This document shows, one piece after another, positions 60,069 through 64,000 of a stretch of 64,000 nucleotides of DNA. The DNA is from an uncultured Chthonomonadaceae bacterium (GTDB lineage: Bacteria > Armatimonadota > Chthonomonadetes > Chthonomonadales > Chthonomonadaceae): assembly GCA_963835065.1 (NCBI GenBank), contig CAWIEK010000016.1:1-64000 (forward strand), given 5' to 3'. The translations under genes were made by a program, and so were the position numbers. Under the pieces are notes generated by a model. It saw nothing but the letters and a program-made list of their open reading frames with translations, searched no databases and had not been told where the DNA came from. The stretch's first letter is position 1. Every line of letters starts with the position of its first letter.

Positions 60069-62560
60069 ATGAAGGAAAAAGGAAAAGGAGCGAGAGTTGC
60101 CAAAGATTATGCAGGAATTAACCGACGGCTTCTACAACATGTTGTTGCGGCTATGCTGTGTCCCGTAAATGTAACAGGAGTATTCTATTTGACAGCGATT
60201 GTCCCCCTCATAGTGTGCGGCGTGGCGTTCCTCGCGGCAGCCTCTTTCCCGGCGGGTGACGCGGTGGATTCGCGCGGCCCTATCGTCACGCCCGGTATGC
60301 AGCCCGTTGTGAGCGCATCCGGCGTACAGGCTCCGGGTTATACCTTTGTCAATGACTGCCGCAAGCCAACGCCGTGGAAGGCGCTTTGGATCGGGCCGGA
60401 TGCCGGGGCGTCTGCGGCTGTGTGCTTGTTCCGCAAGGAAGCGGTGTTTGACGCTGCGCCGACAAAGGTGACAGCATGGCTTTCGGCAGACTGCAAGTAT
60501 CGGCTGTATATCAACGGGCGGCTGGTTTCGCGCGGACCCGTAGATATGGGACGCGATTATGCGGGCGGCTCCACAGGCCGTTGGTTTTATGATTGCCGCG
60601 ACCTGACGCCGTTCTTCCACAAAGGCGTCAACGTGATCGCCGCCGAAGTCTTCCGCGCGTGGCCGATTGGATTTACCGTTTCGCGGGGACAATCCGGTTT
60701 TTTATTCGAGGCGCAAGCCACGCTTCCCGGCAGGAAGCAGCAGACGGTTGCCTCCGATACGAGTTGGCGCTGCCTGCCCGCCCCGCAGTACCCCGATCCT
60801 TCCACCTATGACTCTGCACGGGAGCCGACCGGATGGCGGATGGCAGGCTATAACGATTCCGCCTGGCCGATGTGCCGCGCGGTTAAAGATGTATGGGAGC
60901 CGCTGACTGCCAAGCGAAATACCGTCCCTGATGGAAGCGCGGTATCCGGTTCTGCGCGTGGAGGGATTGCCGGACAGGACAATTAGCGCCGACACCCATT
61001 TTCGCGTTGTTTTTGACCGCGTACTCAGCGCGTATCCCACGCTCAAAATTCGGGGCGGCAAAGGCGCGGTGATTACCATACGGGCGACCCAATCGGCGAC
61101 CTTTCTTTCCGGCGGGGGCGAACAGGAATTTGAATTCCCTTATATGACCGAGATCGCTCCGGCCTACACCGTCGAGATCAAGCATGTCACCACGCCGCTT
61201 GAGATCGTGGATGTTGGGGCGAATTTCACCTCGCAGCCCGTCGCGTATCGGGGCGCGTTTGAATGTAGTGATCCGCAGTTGAACCGTATCTGGGACGTGT
61301 CGCGGTGGGCGGTGCAAATATGCCTGCAAACGCACCATCTGGATTCGCCCAACCATCAGGAGCCTATCAGCGACCCCGGCGATTACCTGATTGAAGCGAT
61401 GGTGAACCATTACGCTTTCGCGCAGCCCTGGCTCACGCGGCAGGATATTCGCAAGTTCGCCTGGCTGCTCAAAGACGAAAAGTACCACAACTTCCACACC
61501 AGCTATTCTATTGGCTGGCTGCAGATGCTGATGGACTACTACGATTACACGGGCGACAAAGCGCTTGTGATCGAAATGGCTCCTTACGTTCATGAACTGC
61601 TCGACACCTACGCCACCTGGCGCGGCAAAAACGGCATTATTTCCGAAGCGCCGAATTATATGTTTATGGATTGGGTGACTATCGGCGGGTTTGAGTGCCA
61701 TCATCCCCCCGCTGTAATCGGGCAGGGCTATCTCACAGCCTACTACTATCATGGGCTGGACATGGCAGCCGCGCGTGGCCGCGTTGATGGACGACACAGC
61801 GCGCGTCCAACACTACGCGCTTTTGCGCTCCGAGATTAAGGCAGCGTTCAATCGGGAACTGTGGGCCGGGGAAAAGGGTCTGTACCGGGATGGCAAGCCG
61901 TTCCAGACTTCGGTAAAGCCGCACCAGTGGCTGCCCGCCGACAAAGACATTGAGACGTTCAGCCCCCATGTCAACCTGCTGGCCGTGCTGTACGATCTTG
62001 CGCCCAAAGAACAGCAGAAGGCGATTGTGGAAAAGGTAATGGCCGAGAAGCCGCTTAACACGCAGCCCTGGTTCATGCACTGGGTTTTTCAGGCGATTGA
62101 CCACGCGCGGCTATTCGATCAGTATGGTACGCCGCAGATGCGCCGCTGGAACATCGTTGCGCCAACGCAGTCTTTCCACGAGATGTGGACGGGAGGCGAT
62201 CTGAGTCATGGCTGGTGTTCCACGCCGCTCGTTCAGATGTCGTCTCGCGTGCTTGGCGTGACACCCGCCTCGCCGGGTTTCAAAACAATCGCTATTCACC
62301 CACAGCTTTGTGATTTGACGTGGGCTAAGGGCCGCGTACCCACGCCGCATGGCGATGTTGCCGTCTCGTGGACGCGGGAAGCCGGTAAATTCACGCTGGA
62401 AATCCACGTGCCGACCGGCAGCGCGGCGGATGTTACCCTGCCTGTTCTGCCGTTTGCGCAGCCAACATTGCGCGTGGACGGCCACGCGGCGACAGGAACG
62501 ATGCGCGTAGGCGCGGGAAACCATCATTTTGAAGTGCGCGACAAGTCAACGAAGATTTAA
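60069..62560 (+). CDS. GH78 alpha-L-rhamnosidase-like glycoside hydrolase (frameshifts near 60912 and 61770; start uncertain)
   Basis: SADCKYRLYING, FECSDPQLNRIW, LDSPNHQE, FMDW, DLSHGW, AKGRVPTPHGDVAVSW. Confidence 0.85.
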
Positions 62561-62593
62561 AATCGCTTATCGCGTTAAAGGGGGGATCAGCAG

Positions 62594-64000
62594 ATGCGAG
62601 TCAGTTTCTTCGGAACGCGGGGTTCTATCGCCACGCCGGGCGTCGGCACGCTTCGCTATGGAGGGAACACCTCCTGCGTTGAAATTGTATCGAACGCCGG
62701 CACGCGCGTGGTTCTCGATGCCGGAACCGGGGCCGTCGCGCTTGGCCGCCGTATCTCCGGTGAGGGGAAGCCGGGGCGGGCGCATCTGCTGATCAGCCAC
62801 ACGCATTGGGATCATATCCAGGGCATCCCGTTCTTCTCGCCCCTGTTCGTTCCCGGCAACGAATGGGACATTTATGGCCCGCGCGGGCTGGGCCAGAGCC
62901 TCAGCCAGACGCTCGCCGGCCAGATGGAATACACCTATTTCCCGGTAGCGATGGACCTGATGGGCGCTGTCATCCGCTATCACGATCTCGTGGAGGGTAC
63001 GCTGTGCCTGGGCGACATTCTTGTCACCTCCCACTATCTCAACCACCCGGCGCTCACCCTGGGCTATCGCCTGGAAGTGGACGGAGCCGTCGTGGTCTAT
63101 GCCTGTGACCATGAACCCTATGCGCCTGGCCTGGCCTGCGGACAGGGCGACATCGTGGGCGCGGACCTCCGCCATGCCGAGTTTCTCGCAAACGCCGATC
63201 TGGTAATTCACGACGCGCAGTATCTCGCGTGTGAGTACGAGGGAAAGCACGGATGGGGGCATAGCACGGGGGCGTATGCTTTTGCGGTTTCGCGGTTCGC
63301 CGGCGTCAAGCGGCTTGCCCTGACCCACCACGACCCGACCCGTTTGGACGCGGAGATTGACAGCCTTGTGAGCGCCCTCAAAGCCGAGTTCGCCGGCAAG
63401 GGCGGGCCGGAAATATTTGCCGCAGCCGAGGGGCAGAGCCTCGAATTCAACGGTAAAGCCGGACACACTCCGCTTCCCATCACGTCCTGCGACATAGAGC
63501 CGGTTCTGAATGCCCTTGCCGACCGATCCGTGCTTTTGGCGCTGGCCGACGAGAAGCAGCGGGCGGCGTTGGCGGAAGTGGCGGCAGCCGATAACTTCAC
63601 GGTATTGACGGCAGCGCCATCGGACGCGGTAGCAATCGCGGCGAGTGAACACCCGGACGTAATCGTCATCAGCGAGGATTGCGACGATGCCTTCCCTATC
63701 TGCCGCGCCATTCGCGCCCTCCCCGATTACGGCGACGAGGTTCCGGTAGCCCTGGTAACGCGCAATGCCGCGCCGAATTCCGACCCGGCGCCCTTTACCG
63801 ACAGGCTGATCGCGCCCTATTCGCCCGCGTATGCCCGAACTCGCCTGCGCGCGTGGGCGATGCGCGTTACGTCGTGTTGGGAGCCAGCCCCGGTTCCCCA
63901 CGACGAGGACGAGCGGCTTGCGGCAACCCGGGCGCTCGGCCTGCTGGACACCCTGCCTGAAGAGCGGTTTGACCGTATTACCCGCCTCGCTTCAGCCCTC
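62594..64000 (+). CDS. MBL-fold metallohydrolase fused to a degenerate receiver domain and a GAF domain; runs off the window end
   Basis: Absent from the ORF track (no stop). MRVSFFGTRGS, YGGNTSCV, SHTHWDHIQG, WGHS, HHDP; ends PVPHDEDERLAATRALGLLDTLPEERFDRITRLA. Confidence 0.88.
   Translation, partial: MRVSFFGTRGSIATPGVGTLRYGGNTSCVEIVSNAGTRVVLDAGTGAVALGRRISGEGKPGRAHLLISHTHWDHIQGIPFFSPLFVPGNEWDIYGPRGLGQSLSQTLAGQMEYTYFPVAMDLMGAVIRYHDLVEGTLCLGDILVTSHYLNHPALTLGYRLEVDGAVVVYACDHEPYAPGLACGQGDIVGADLRHAEFLANADLVIHDAQYLACEYEGKHGWGHSTGAYAFAVSRFAGVKRLALTHHDPTRLDAEIDSLVSALKAEFAGKGGPEIFAAAEGQSLEFNGKAGHTPLPITSCDIEPVLNALADRSVLLALADEKQRAALAEVAAADNFTVLTAAPSDAVAIAASEHPDVIVISEDCDDAFPICRAIRALPDYGDEVPVALVTRNAAPNSDPAPFTDRLIAPYSPAYARTRLRAWAMRVTSCWEPAPVPHDEDERLAATRALGLLDTLPEERFDRITRLASAL

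Overview
A GC-rich bacterial chromosomal window. The gene content (DUF1501/DUF1553, DUF1592/DUF1552, an H-X9-DG prepilin-like protein, Uma2, GH44, NdvB) suggests Armatimonadota or a similar soil lineage; this is inference. Core and metabolic genes include a D-aminoacylase, a rhamnulose-phosphate aldolase/SDR, an acetylxylan esterase, a PabB-PabC fusion, PhhA, an RNB ribonuclease, a ~10 kb cyclic beta-1,2-glucan synthase, a MocA-like transferase, a GH78 rhamnosidase and an MBL-REC-GAF protein. They are interleaved with small toxin-antitoxin-like modules, gene remnants and many palindromic or heptamer repeats. About 15 scattered single-base frameshifts in otherwise intact genes look like long-read assembly indels, not biology. 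The main findings: (1) a ~380 bp element present twice (3738-4124, 45413-45800) encoding an unannotated 32-aa hydrophobic peptide between convergent promoters, with an antisense terminator, covarying hairpins and 5'-3' long-range pairing, i.e. a candidate new type I toxin-antitoxin family; (2) a Sec-exported RHS-type protein with a correctly spaced double-glycine leader motif, next to a stand-alone C39 peptidase lipoprotein; (3) two-armed heptamer repeats inserted in frame into conserved enzymes (seven in ndvB), mutated where they would create stop codons; (4) a candidate ECF-sigma-driven sRNA with an anti-SD-like seed; (5) an ADP-ribosyltransferase-like gene followed by three small ORFs, and a Panacea antitoxin with an uncharacterised partner.
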